This document shows positions 48,894 to 57,936 of a stretch of DNA of 64,000 nucleotides, piece by piece (within the stretch, counting starts at the first letter, position 1; each line of letters opens with the position of its first letter). The DNA comes from Alphaproteobacteria bacterium. GTDB lineage: Bacteria > Pseudomonadota > Alphaproteobacteria > UBA828. The translations under genes and the position numbers were made by a program. Below the pieces are notes generated by a model that worked only from the letters and a program-made list of their open reading frames with translations, made no database searches and had not been told where the DNA came from. The DNA lies in NCBI GenBank assembly GCA_965214705.1, contig OZ243972.1, positions 2,752,001 to 2,816,000 on the forward strand. The letters run 5' to 3'.

Positions 48894-50180
48894 ATGAACA
48901 CCAAGCCGGGAAAACGCGTCGCCAAGACCAAGATTACCATCACCAAGCGTGCCGTCGATGCCCTCAAGCCTGGCGACAAGCCCTGGATCGCGTGGGATGA
49001 CAGGCTCACTGGCTTCGGCGTCAGGGTGCACCCCACCGGCGCCAAGTCATTCATCGTCAACTACCGTGCGGGTGACGGCGGCAGGAAGGCGCCGAACAAG
49101 CAGGTCGTGCTCGGCCGATATGGCAAGATCGCGCCCGGTCAGGCCAGGCGCCTGGCCCAGACCACCCTCGGCAAAGTAGCCAGCGGCGAGGACCCGGCTG
49201 AGGAACGTGCGCAGGCGCGAGGGATGCCGACCCTGGCGGATGCGCTCAAGGACTACCTGGGTGCCAATCCCAACCGCTCCGAGAGCACCAACAAGCTCTA
49301 CCGCTACGAGGCCGAGCGCTATCTCGGTGACTGGCTCAGCCGCCCACTCGATTCCATCACGCGGCGCGAGGTGGAGGCCCGCTTCAACCGTATTACCGTG
49401 GACCACGGCTGGTCACCGGCCAACCACGCGATGTCTCTGCTGCGTTCCGTCTACCGCCGTCCCTGCGTCGATCTCGAAGGTCTGCGCAACCCGGTCGACC
49501 TCTGGCTTGTCGCAGGCGGGAAGTTCCATCGCAAGACGCGACGCAAGATCTCCACGCCCGCCGAGGTGCTGCCCTGTTGGCGAACCGGCATCGAGGCCGA
49601 GGTCAAGATGCCGGCCATGAGTGACGCGCTGTGGTTCGGGCTTTACACCGGCATGCGGCTGAGAGAAGTCCTGACACTGCGCTGGGAGCGAGTAGACATG
49701 GCGTCGCTCACCTTCCGCGTCGAGCAGACCAAGACCCGGGTCCCTCTTGAGCTTCCGATCACCCGACAACTGGAACTCATCCTCGAAAGGCGTCGGGCGG
49801 CGAGGGCGGCGGTGCCGGGCACCGTGCGGGACTGGGTGTTCCCCTCTCCGGCCAGCAAGTCCGGGCATGTCGAGGATCCGCACTATCTCTACCCGCGCAT
49901 CACGAAGACGGGCGGTGCGAAGTTCTGGTTCCATGCGTTCCGCAACTGCTTCATCACGGTGGCCGAACGGGACTTGATGCTTCCCTCGCCGTTGACCAAG
50001 CGCCTTGTGAACCACGCCAGACCCAACGACGTGACGGAGGGCTATGCTGCGGACTGGACGATCGCCCAGCTCCGAGAGCCGGCTCAAAGGGTTGCCGATC
50101 GGATTGAGGCGCTGATGGGCACCGCGCCGGAGGTCACCGCCGAACAGGATGATATTCAGGTCGGCGCCGGGTCTGGCTGA
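48894..50180 (+). CDS. Tyrosine recombinase/integrase with an arm-binding N-terminal domain
   Basis: WDDRLTGFGVRV arm domain; catalytic TGMR, K, HAFR, NH and TEGY all present. Confidence 0.92.
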   Translation: MNTKPGKRVAKTKITITKRAVDALKPGDKPWIAWDDRLTGFGVRVHPTGAKSFIVNYRAGDGGRKAPNKQVVLGRYGKIAPGQARRLAQTTLGKVASGEDPAEERAQARGMPTLADALKDYLGANPNRSESTNKLYRYEAERYLGDWLSRPLDSITRREVEARFNRITVDHGWSPANHAMSLLRSVYRRPCVDLEGLRNPVDLWLVAGGKFHRKTRRKISTPAEVLPCWRTGIEAEVKMPAMSDALWFGLYTGMRLREVLTLRWERVDMASLTFRVEQTKTRVPLELPITRQLELILERRRAARAAVPGTVRDWVFPSPASKSGHVEDPHYLYPRITKTGGAKFWFHAFRNCFITVAERDLMLPSPLTKRLVNHARPNDVTEGYAADWTIAQLREPAQRVADRIEALMGTAPEVTAEQDDIQVGAGSG

Positions 50181-50309
50181 GACGAGGCACGGCGACGGTT
50201 TCGACCGAGAAGCGTTGACCGAGAGAGGCAAGCATCACGAGAGGGCCGGAGGCATTTCGCATCGGGTTGCGGCGTTCGGGCGGCAATGACGGCCTGGCGA
50301 GGACGAACG

Positions 50310-51305
50310 ATGACAGTCGAACTCGATCTGCGCGAAGACACTGCCATCTTCCGTTACCCATCGGGATACGACCGGATCGTCAATGAGCTGGACGGTCTAC
50401 TGGACCGGCGGGACAGAGGAGAGCTCGCGGATGCCGGATACGTGAGCGGACTGGAGGATCTCGTTGCGCGCCACCCCTGGTTCATCGATGGCCACGCACA
50501 CCTGGGAAGCGCACTTTACCGGCAGGGCGAGACCGAAAGTGCGCTGGATGCCTGCATGCGGGGCTATTCGCTGGGCACGGAACTACTGACGCCGGACATG
50601 CAGGAGCTTGTCGAATGGAGCCACCTGGAGAACCGTCCGTTTCTGCGCGCGGCCCACGGCGCCGCTCTCTGTCATTTGCGGCTGGGCGGGCGGGAGGAAG
50701 CCATATCTGTCATGGAGCGGATCCTGCTGTGGAACCCCGACGACAATCAGGGCATCCGCTTTCTGATCGGCTCGGAATACTTGCGTACGGGCCAGGAGGG
50801 CCGTGCCGAGACGTTCTTCGAGACGGAGGCGCCGGGCTATCCTCCGTACTGGTACGAGAAGGCGCTTCTGTTTCTGCGCCAGGACAGGCATGTGGCGGCG
50901 GCGACCAGCCTGCGCCGCGGGTTCGTGGAGAACGGCTACATCGCGGAGATTCTTTGCGGGAACCCTGACCCTCGCCCGATCGGGATCTGGCACGGGTGGG
51001 CCTTTGCCGAGCCGGAACTGGCGAAGGAGTATGCGGATTCGTATGGCGGCCTGTGGCACGAGACTGCGCACGCGATTTCCTTTCTGCGCTGGCTGCACAT
51101 GCATCCCGTGATCATGTCCGAGCGCGCTGCCATCCTTGAGCTGAGCGAGCGTCTTCTCTGGGAGTTCGATGTCGAGCGGCGCGAGTCGATTTCGCGGATG
51201 CAGGATGAAGCATTGGCGCTGATCGACGACGAGCTGTCGGAGGAGATTGTGATCGATCGCGCCGACAGACGCGGGAGTGCGGTCTCTCCCTGGCTTTTTT
51301 CGTGA
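50310..51305 (+). CDS. TPR-containing hypothetical protein
   Basis: IDGHAHLG, ENRPFLRA and NPDDNQGIRF helical-repeat pattern. Confidence 0.7.
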   Translation: MTVELDLREDTAIFRYPSGYDRIVNELDGLLDRRDRGELADAGYVSGLEDLVARHPWFIDGHAHLGSALYRQGETESALDACMRGYSLGTELLTPDMQELVEWSHLENRPFLRAAHGAALCHLRLGGREEAISVMERILLWNPDDNQGIRFLIGSEYLRTGQEGRAETFFETEAPGYPPYWYEKALLFLRQDRHVAAATSLRRGFVENGYIAEILCGNPDPRPIGIWHGWAFAEPELAKEYADSYGGLWHETAHAISFLRWLHMHPVIMSERAAILELSERLLWEFDVERRESISRMQDEALALIDDELSEEIVIDRADRRGSAVSPWLFS

Positions 51306-51384
51306 GGTTCCGGCAGACCGCGAGCCTGGGGCCGGCCGAGACAGGACGGGTTCGAGGCACGGCAGCGTCCCGCCGACCGTCAGC

Positions 51385-51580
51385 AGTGCGGTTCGATTAT
51401 TCCGGTCGGGGAGGTCGCGAGCGAACTGCTTGAACCGGAAGCGGAGCGCAGCGAGACGGTCTTGGCGTTCTCACTATCGGTCGGCTCCTGCGCGACCGCA
51501 GACAGCCGTCACGAACACGCGCCAGCGGGGTCTCGAACGGTGTCGCAGCTTCCGAGGGAATCGCGGTCATCAATGTTGAG
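51385..51580 (+). pseudogene. Possible decayed C-terminus of a tyrosine integrase
   Basis: DGLGVLTIGRLL ... PQT ... AASEGIA spread over shifted frames; weak resemblance only. Confidence 0.25.
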
Positions 51581-51917
51581 ACACTACCGATTGCGGAACA
51601 CGTTCTCGACACGAGCGTGGCCGCCCGGCAGATGGAAGATTTCGCTCCGCGTTACACGGGCGTCCCGCCCCTTTCCTCGCGACGACCGGACGGCGCACAT
51701 TCGCGAGGGGCGACAGCTCGCCGGCCTTGGCGCCGGCGCACCGGCGTGTTATCGGACCGCCCCGCCACAGGATCGGAGACCCGTACATGGCGACTTCCCA
51801 ACCCCGCATGTTGTCAAGCGCGCCTTGTTGACCCGCCGCAATGCTGCAAGATCAAGGAATTGCCGCGCCGAGCGGCACCGAACCTACGCGCCGAGCAACA
51901 GGTGACGGGAGGCGGCA

Positions 51918-53177
51918 GTGGATAACCTGGAAAGACTCGATTCTCTTCTTGGAGAATTCGACGAGTTGGGTCGGCATTCTGTGGGCTATCCCTGCAATCT
52001 GGATTTCGATTTCACAGCACTTCTGCCCTTCATGCAATACGCTCTCAACAACGTGGGCGACCCTTTCCACGACAGCAACTACCAAAGCAACACCCACCGG
52101 ATAGAGCGCGAGGTCATCGGCATTTTCGCCGATTTGATGCACATTTCGCGCGAACAGGTGTGGGGTTACGTCACGTCGGGCGGCACCGAGGGCAACATGT
52201 ATGGCCTGTACCTGGGGCGGGAGCTCTATCCGGACGGCGTGGTCTATTTCTCCCAGGATACCCACTACAGCGTGGTCAAGATCATGAGCGTGCTGAAGGT
52301 GCGCAACATCATGATAAGGAGCCAGGACAACGGGGAAATCGATTACGGCGACCTCCACGAGACGATTCGCATCAACCGGGACGTGCCCGCAATCGTGATG
52401 GCGAACATCGGCACGACGATGAAGGGCGCGATAGACGACGTGGGCAAGATCCGTGACATCCTGGACGACCTCGCGGTGACCAGGTCCTACTTGCACGCGG
52501 ATGCTGCCCTGAGCGGCATGATATTGCCGTTCGTGGAGGATCCGCAGCCCTACGGGTTCGATGCCGGGTTCGACAGCGTTGCGATCAGCGGACACAAGAT
52601 GGTCGGCTCGCCTCTGCCCTGCGGTGTCGCGCTGACCCGGCGCGAGTACGTCTCGCGCATCGCGCGCGCGGTCGAATACGTGGGCGTCTTGGACACCACG
52701 CTCACAGGCTCACGCAACGCGCTGACGCCGCTGATGATGTGGTACGCGTTCGAGCAGAAGGGGGTGGAGGGCTTCAGGCGCATCGTGAACAGGTACCTTC
52801 AGATTGCGGAATACGCGGTCACGCGCTTCAACGACGGCGGCATTCCCGCATGGCGCAACAGGAACTCGGTCACCGTCGTGTTTCCCAGGCCGCCGGCGGA
52901 TGTCGTGCGCAAGTGGCAGCTCGCGCCCTGCGAGGACATCGCGCACCTCATCGCGATGCCGCACATAACGCGCGAGACCATCGACGCCGTGGTGAACGAC
53001 TGCATGCGTGGAGCAACGGCACCAAAGGACGAAACGGGGACAACCGCACGACCAGGATCGTCGTCATCGCCAACAACGAGGCGGGCGTCATCGCCGACAT
53101 CGCCGGAGCCTTGGCCGAGCGCGACATCAATATCGAGACCATCAGTGCAGAGGCACTCGGGGAGAAGGGCGCGATAA
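51918..53177 (+). CDS. hdcA: PLP-dependent histidine decarboxylase-like protein; natural stop probably lost at 53049
   Basis: GYP, NNVGD, WGYVTSGGTEGN, HYSVVK, HADAALSG, SGHKM (PLP lysine) and GSRN motifs. Confidence 0.85.
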   Translation: MDNLERLDSLLGEFDELGRHSVGYPCNLDFDFTALLPFMQYALNNVGDPFHDSNYQSNTHRIEREVIGIFADLMHISREQVWGYVTSGGTEGNMYGLYLGRELYPDGVVYFSQDTHYSVVKIMSVLKVRNIMIRSQDNGEIDYGDLHETIRINRDVPAIVMANIGTTMKGAIDDVGKIRDILDDLAVTRSYLHADAALSGMILPFVEDPQPYGFDAGFDSVAISGHKMVGSPLPCGVALTRREYVSRIARAVEYVGVLDTTLTGSRNALTPLMMWYAFEQKGVEGFRRIVNRYLQIAEYAVTRFNDGGIPAWRNRNSVTVVFPRPPADVVRKWQLAPCEDIAHLIAMPHITRETIDAVVNDCMRGATAPKDETGTTARPGSSSSPTTRRASSPTSPEPWPSATSISRPSVQRHSGRRAR

Positions 53178-53440
53178 CGCTCACCGCGGACGATCACGAC
53201 GGCGCCCTGCGTGCGCTGACGGATGCGGGATTCAAGACAGTATCCGACGAATCGCTGGTCCTGAGACTGCGCGACGAACCAGGCGCGCTGGCCAAGCTGG
53301 CGGAGAAGTTCAAACAGGCCGGCGTGAACATCCGGAGCCTGCACATACTGGATCGCCGTAATGGCTACGCCACGGTCGCCATATCCGCCGACGATCGCGC
53401 CAAGGCGGAGTCGCTGGTGGAGCCGAAGACGGCGGTGTAG
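53048..53440 (+). CDS. Tandem ACT-domain protein starting at ACG (mutated ATG or alternative start)
   Basis: NEAGVIADIAGALAERDINIETI and DEPGALAKLAEKFKQAGVNIRSL ACT repeats; GGGGA RBS upstream. Confidence 0.75.
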   Translation, partial: TTRIVVIANNEAGVIADIAGALAERDINIETISAEALGEKGAITLTADDHDGALRALTDAGFKTVSDESLVLRLRDEPGALAKLAEKFKQAGVNIRSLHILDRRNGYATVAISADDRAKAESLVEPKTAV

Positions 53441-53497
53441 GAGGGAAGAGACGGGACGCAAGCTCTGTGGCGGCGAAGGCGTTCCGGTCGGCTCCCG

Positions 53498-54709
53498 CTA
53501 CTCCCGGCACTCCCTGATCCATCCGTTCTCGAACACCAGGCCGTCGCAGCCGCAAAAGCGGGCGATGCGGGCGAGTTCGCGCCCGATGCGCTCCAGCCGC
53601 CCCTTGCCGAGGCGCACGCCGCGCTCGGGCCAGAGCGCCCGCACGCAGAGGCGGCCCTCGCGTCGGCGCATGTCGATACGCCCGACCAGTCGGTCGCCCT
53701 CCAGCAGCGGGAAGACGTAGTAGCCGTATTCGCGCTTCTTTTCCGGCACGTAGATCTCGATGCGATAGCGGAAGCCGAACAGCCATTCGGCGCGCTTTCG
53801 GTCGCGCAGCAGCGGGTCGAAGGGGCTGAGCACACGCACCCCGCCGGGCGGCTCCGGCGCCCGTTCGGCCTGATCGAATATGTCGGGACGCGCGAACAGG
53901 TGGCGGAACTCACCGGGGCGCGCGCCTTCCACCGCCACCTCGACCAGTTCACCGACGTCGCGGGCGGCGCACCAGGACCGCACCTCGTCGAGAGAGGCCG
54001 TGTTCCAAAAGGCCGCGATCTCTCGGGCGGACGCGAAGCCGAGCCGGTCGAGCGCGCTCGCGCATGCCCAGTCCAGTGTTTCCCGATCGTCCGGTACGGC
54101 AGCGCGGGCTGGGGCCGGGATCACGCGTTCGGCCAGGTCGAAGGCCTTCTGGAAGCCTTCGCGCCGGTCGATGGCGAGCGCGCCGGTACGCCAGAGGAAT
54201 TCCAGCGCCGTCTTCGACGGATGCCAGTCCCACCAGGCGGATGCGTTACGCCGTCGGCTGCCACCGAGCTCGCGTGCCATGACGGGCCCTCCCTCGCGGA
54301 TGCGCTCCAGCACCTCGTCGAACCGCTCCTCGAACTCTGCCCCGCGCCACTTTCGCCAGCGCGCACGCAGCATCTCAGCGTCGCGGCGGAACCGCAGCCG
54401 CCAGTAGGGATAGAACGACATGGGGATGACCGACGCATCGTGGGTCCAATGCTCGAACAGCGTGCGCCGCCGTTCCAGCAGATCGTCGAGCTGTCGCGGC
54501 CGGTAGCTTCTGCGCCGGGAGGCCAGGATCATGTGGTGGGCACGTTCGACCGTGGCGATGCTGTCGATCTGGACGAAGCCCAGCCGCTCGATCAGCCCTG
54601 TGAGGTCTTCTCCCTGCGCCGCGCGCCCGAGGCCGTGCCGGTCCAGGAACAGTTTTCTGGCAGCCCGGTTGGAGAGGTACGACAGCGGCTCGCCGGCACT
54701 GCCTCTCAT
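53498..54709 (-). CDS. ycaQ: YcaQ/AlkZ-like (HTH_42) DNA crosslink repair glycosylase
   Basis: LGFVQIDSI (QxD), FEHWTHDAS, LSPFDPL and REYGYYVFP motifs. Confidence 0.85.
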   Translation of the reverse strand: MRGSAGEPLSYLSNRAARKLFLDRHGLGRAAQGEDLTGLIERLGFVQIDSIATVERAHHMILASRRRSYRPRQLDDLLERRRTLFEHWTHDASVIPMSFYPYWRLRFRRDAEMLRARWRKWRGAEFEERFDEVLERIREGGPVMARELGGSRRRNASAWWDWHPSKTALEFLWRTGALAIDRREGFQKAFDLAERVIPAPARAAVPDDRETLDWACASALDRLGFASAREIAAFWNTASLDEVRSWCAARDVGELVEVAVEGARPGEFRHLFARPDIFDQAERAPEPPGGVRVLSPFDPLLRDRKRAEWLFGFRYRIEIYVPEKKREYGYYVFPLLEGDRLVGRIDMRRREGRLCVRALWPERGVRLGKGRLERIGRELARIARFCGCDGLVFENGWIRECRE

Positions 54710-54753
54710 AACAACCTCGCCCCGATCTGCCCGAACCCACGGCAATTCACCGT

Positions 54754-54866
54754 AACCGCTTATGCACAATGCTCCGGTGAAACGCACATGTAGCGTCTGG
54801 CGAGCCTGGAACAGTCGACATTGGTGGCAGCATCGTGTGCCACCGGAGCCAAGTGCATAAGCGGTT
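54754..54866. mobile_element. MITE-like element of about 113 bp
   Basis: 26-bp inverted termini AACCGCTTATGCACAATGCTCCGGTG (23/26 match), flanked by a CACCGT direct repeat (54748-54753, 54867-54872). Confidence 0.75.
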
Positions 54867-55005
54867 CACCGTATTCCCGTCGATGCCAGCAGCTTGCCGG
54901 GCCGGTCGCAAAGCCTGCCGACTTCCTTGCTCGGTTATGCATGCGCCGATTCCGTCCGGCGCTGTCGATCTTCGAGGCGTCTGCTATATAACCGGCACCC
55001 CGTGC

Positions 55006-55035
55006 GGCGCGTCAGTCTGGGGCGCGTCAGTCTGG
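55006..55035. repeat. Perfect 15-bp tandem duplication GGCGCGTCAGTCTGG x2
   Basis: Read directly from the sequence. Confidence 0.85.
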
Positions 55036-55134
55036 AAGCGTCCGGCGATCCGCCGCAAAGCCGCGACCGCCGCTCGCTGCCCCTGGACCGACCCGCGTTT
55101 GGCCGGCGCGGCCGGTCTGGCTGGCAACCCCGCA

Positions 55135-55323
55135 CTATTTTCTGATGAAGCCGACATAGACATAGAGCGCGGCCAACGCCACGCTCACGCCGATGCCGAG
55201 ATTGCCCCAGAGGGGGGCAACCTGGAGACCCAGGAACAAGGCGACCGAGAACACGATGTAGAGGCCGGCGATGGCGGCGACATGGGCAAGGATTTTCAGC
55301 GCCCTCCGGCCCGCCGGGGTCAT
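55135..55323 (-). CDS. Small two-TM membrane protein
   Basis: 62 aa with two hydrophobic helices. Confidence 0.55.
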   Translation of the reverse strand: MTPAGRRALKILAHVAAIAGLYIVFSVALFLGLQVAPLWGNLGIGVSVALAALYVYVGFIRK

Positions 55324-55367
55324 GGGCCGCCCGAGTCCCGAACCGGCGCGCCTGGTTCAACGGCGCC

Positions 55368-55850
55368 GTCCGGGTTCGTATGCATCGGTTCGTCGATCCG
55401 GCCGGCGATCCTCCGGGCATGGATACGGCACCGCTCTACGGCCCGGTCGGCGGTGCAGCCTTCGGTCGGGTCGCAGGGCCTGGCGCGATTGACCGGCCGC
55501 CCGGCCGGCGATCCGGACAGCGTCAGGTCGCGCCGGGCGACGCCGATGAAGCAGCTGCGCGTGGCGCGGAACCGGAACCCGGGGCCGCCGGCGAGCGCGG
55601 TCGGGGCGTAGAGATGCTGCGGGTTGTGGATTTGGCCCGAACTGCCGGTTTCGGAGGCGAACGCCCAGGGCCGGGCGCGTTCCGGCATTCCTCCGGCCGC
55701 CGCCCGGCGGCCTTCCGGCACGGCGACCCGTTGCCGGGTCAGCCGAAGCTCCTGCGGCTTGCCGGCCCTGGCCGCCTCGACCCGGAAGGCCGGTGCAGCC
55801 ATGCCGACGCGCCACCGCACGGGGTCAGCACCTTCTCGCGGCGCATGCCG
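55368..55850 (-). pseudogene. Decayed paralogue of the 48894 integrase catalytic domain
   Basis: GMRREKVLT / RWRVGMAAPAFRVE..GKPQELRLTRQ...HLY...GFRFRATRSCFIGVARRDL...VNRARPCDPTEGC aligns colinearly with the intact copy; catalytic H, H and Y are lost. Confidence 0.85.
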
Positions 55851-55960
55851 GCATCTCGACCGCAGGCCCTGCCGCTCTGCTCGCACTCGCCGCCATGGCG
55901 GGTTCCGTGAGGTGCGTCGGGGTTCTCCTGGCCGCGCGCGGCGGCACAGCATCGGCAGGC

Positions 55961-57256
55961 TCAGCCGAACATGTCCCCGGTAATGGCGGCGTACCAGCCG
56001 AGCGATTCCTCGTAGGTCGCCTTGCGCAGCTCCGCGCTTTCCCCGGTCCGGGAAATGAAGCCGTCGGTCTTGGCGATCTTCTCGTCGGTCGCCTCGTAGG
56101 AGGCGCCGACCTTCACGCCGTCGTCGGTGGCGATAAGCGACCAGCAGGTGTTGGAGTAGCGCGGCGGGAACACCGTGGAACCGGTGAGCGCGCCTCGCAC
56201 CGCCATGGCGCAGGCCTTCGCCTGGCTGTTCGCCGAGAAGCCCGACTTCGGCATGTCGCCCTGCAGCGCGGCGTCGCCCAGCACGTGGATATTGGCGTCC
56301 GCCCGGCTCTGCATGGTGTGCGGCACGATCGGCGCCCAGCCCGACTCGTCTGTGATGCCCGCGACCGCGGCGATGCGCCCGGCCTGCTGCGCGGGGATGA
56401 CATTGCAGACATCCACCTTCAGCGCCTCGCCGTCCACCACCACCTCCATGGTGTCGGGCCGCACCTCGACCCGGTCGCCGCCGAAGTCCGGGCCGACGCT
56501 CTCGATCAAGCCGGGGTAGTGGCGCAGCCAGCCTTCTTCGAACAGCCTTTGCTTCGAGAACTTGTCCTTGGGTTCGACGATCAGGATCTTCGCCGTCGGA
56601 TTGGACTGTTTGAGAACGTGGGCCACCATCGAGATCCGCTCGTAGGGCCCCGGCGGGCAGCGGAAGGGGTTCGGCGGCGCGACCATGCAATAGACGCCGC
56701 CTTGCGGCATGGCGTCGATCTGCGCCTTGAGGAGCTGGGTCTGCGAGCCGGCCTTGTAGGCGTGCGGCATTCGGTTCTGCTGCGACAGGTCCCAGCCGGG
56801 AACGGAGCCGTCGCGGAAGTCGATGCCCGGCGAGAGGATGAGGCGGTCGTAGGCGAGGCTGCCCCCGCCCGCGAGCCCCACGCTGCGCGCGTTGCGGTCG
56901 ACGGAGACCGCCCAGTCGTGCACCACGTTGATCCCGTGATTTGCGGCCAGCGCCCCGTAGCTGTGGCCGATCGACGCGTAATCGCGGAAGCCGCCGATAT
57001 AGAGGTTCGAGAAGAAGCAGGTGTAGTAGGCGCGGCTTGGCTCCACGAGCGTCACGTCGATGGCGCCATCCGAATCCTTGGCGATGTAGTGAGCGGCCGT
57101 CGCACCGCCCGCGCCGCCGCCCACGACCACCACGCGTGGGCGGCCCTGCGCGAGCACCGTGGGCGCCGACAGCGCCGATACCGCCGTTGTCGCCGCTGCT
57201 GCGGATGCAAGGAAGTGGCGCCGGTTCAAGCCGTTCTTTCCATTCGGTTTGCTCAT
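55961..57256 (-). CDS. fccB: Flavocytochrome c sulfide dehydrogenase flavoprotein
   Basis: Tat signal NRRHFL; GGGAGG, TCFFSN, CPPGPYER, PKSGFSANSQ and NTCWS motifs. Confidence 0.92.
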   Translation of the reverse strand: MSKPNGKNGLNRRHFLASAAAATTAVSALSAPTVLAQGRPRVVVVGGGAGGATAAHYIAKDSDGAIDVTLVEPSRAYYTCFFSNLYIGGFRDYASIGHSYGALAANHGINVVHDWAVSVDRNARSVGLAGGGSLAYDRLILSPGIDFRDGSVPGWDLSQQNRMPHAYKAGSQTQLLKAQIDAMPQGGVYCMVAPPNPFRCPPGPYERISMVAHVLKQSNPTAKILIVEPKDKFSKQRLFEEGWLRHYPGLIESVGPDFGGDRVEVRPDTMEVVVDGEALKVDVCNVIPAQQAGRIAAVAGITDESGWAPIVPHTMQSRADANIHVLGDAALQGDMPKSGFSANSQAKACAMAVRGALTGSTVFPPRYSNTCWSLIATDDGVKVGASYEATDEKIAKTDGFISRTGESAELRKATYEESLGWYAAITGDMFG

Positions 57257-57273
57257 GACGTATTTCCCCTGAC

Positions 57274-57699
57274 TCACCGATCGTCTTCCGCCCTGTGGGA
57301 AAATGCAGCGAGGACGGCGATCTCCTCGTCCGAGAGGCGCCTGGCCACGAGCTGCATGACGGGATGGACCCTCTTTCCGCGCTCGTCGGCGTGCGAGGCT
57401 ATCACGAAGTCATCGAGCGGCCATCCGGTTATCGAGGGGATGCGTTCGGCGGCTCCGTCGGCCTGGTGGCAGCGCTTGCATTGGCCGAAGAGTGCCTTGC
57501 CGTGCCCGGCGTCGGCACTCCATGCGCCGGCGGCCGGGAGAACTGCCGGCAACGCTACGGCAAGTAGTCCGGACGCCACATATGCCGCAAGGCCGGCCGT
57601 CCGGAGCCGGCGTCGCCCGGCAATCCGGGGCTTCATCGTGAACGGGACGCCCGCTGCCAGCGACCTCGGCAGCGTCACGCGCGGTTCGGGTTCCGCCAT
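57274..57699 (-). CDS. Monoheme cytochrome c (FccA/c553-like), possibly degenerate
   Basis: CKRCH heme motif; HPVMQ..A.RLSDEEI; start uncertain. Confidence 0.7.
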   Translation of the reverse strand: MAEPEPRVTLPRSLAAGVPFTMKPRIAGRRRLRTAGLAAYVASGLLAVALPAVLPAAGAWSADAGHGKALFGQCKRCHQADGAAERIPSITGWPLDDFVIASHADERGKRVHPVMQLVARRLSDEEIAVLAAFSHRAEDDR

Positions 57700-57936
57700 G
57701 ATCCGCTTCTTACTCGCAACCGCCGGCCGTCACCGCAATCGTTCGGGAGACCTCGCAAAATGTGCCGTCCGCCATCGCCGCCACCGCAAACACGTTTCGG
57801 CTCCCGGCCAGCCGGAGGCGGATCGTGGCCGCGGGTGGCGCCAACCCTCCGAGAGCGAAGACGGCGACACCGGAATTATTGAGGTGCCGTCGGTGAATCG
57901 GTCAGCGCAGGGGCGGCGCACCCGCGCTCGCCAGCA

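Noticed and set aside
50183-51363. 11-bp direct repeat CGAGGCACGGC flanking the TPR gene as att sites
   Set aside because: Too short and GC-rich to distinguish from chance
52990-53060. Programmed frameshift fusing Hdc to ACT
   Set aside because: No slippery sequence; a single ATGA to ACGA substitution explains the overlap more simply
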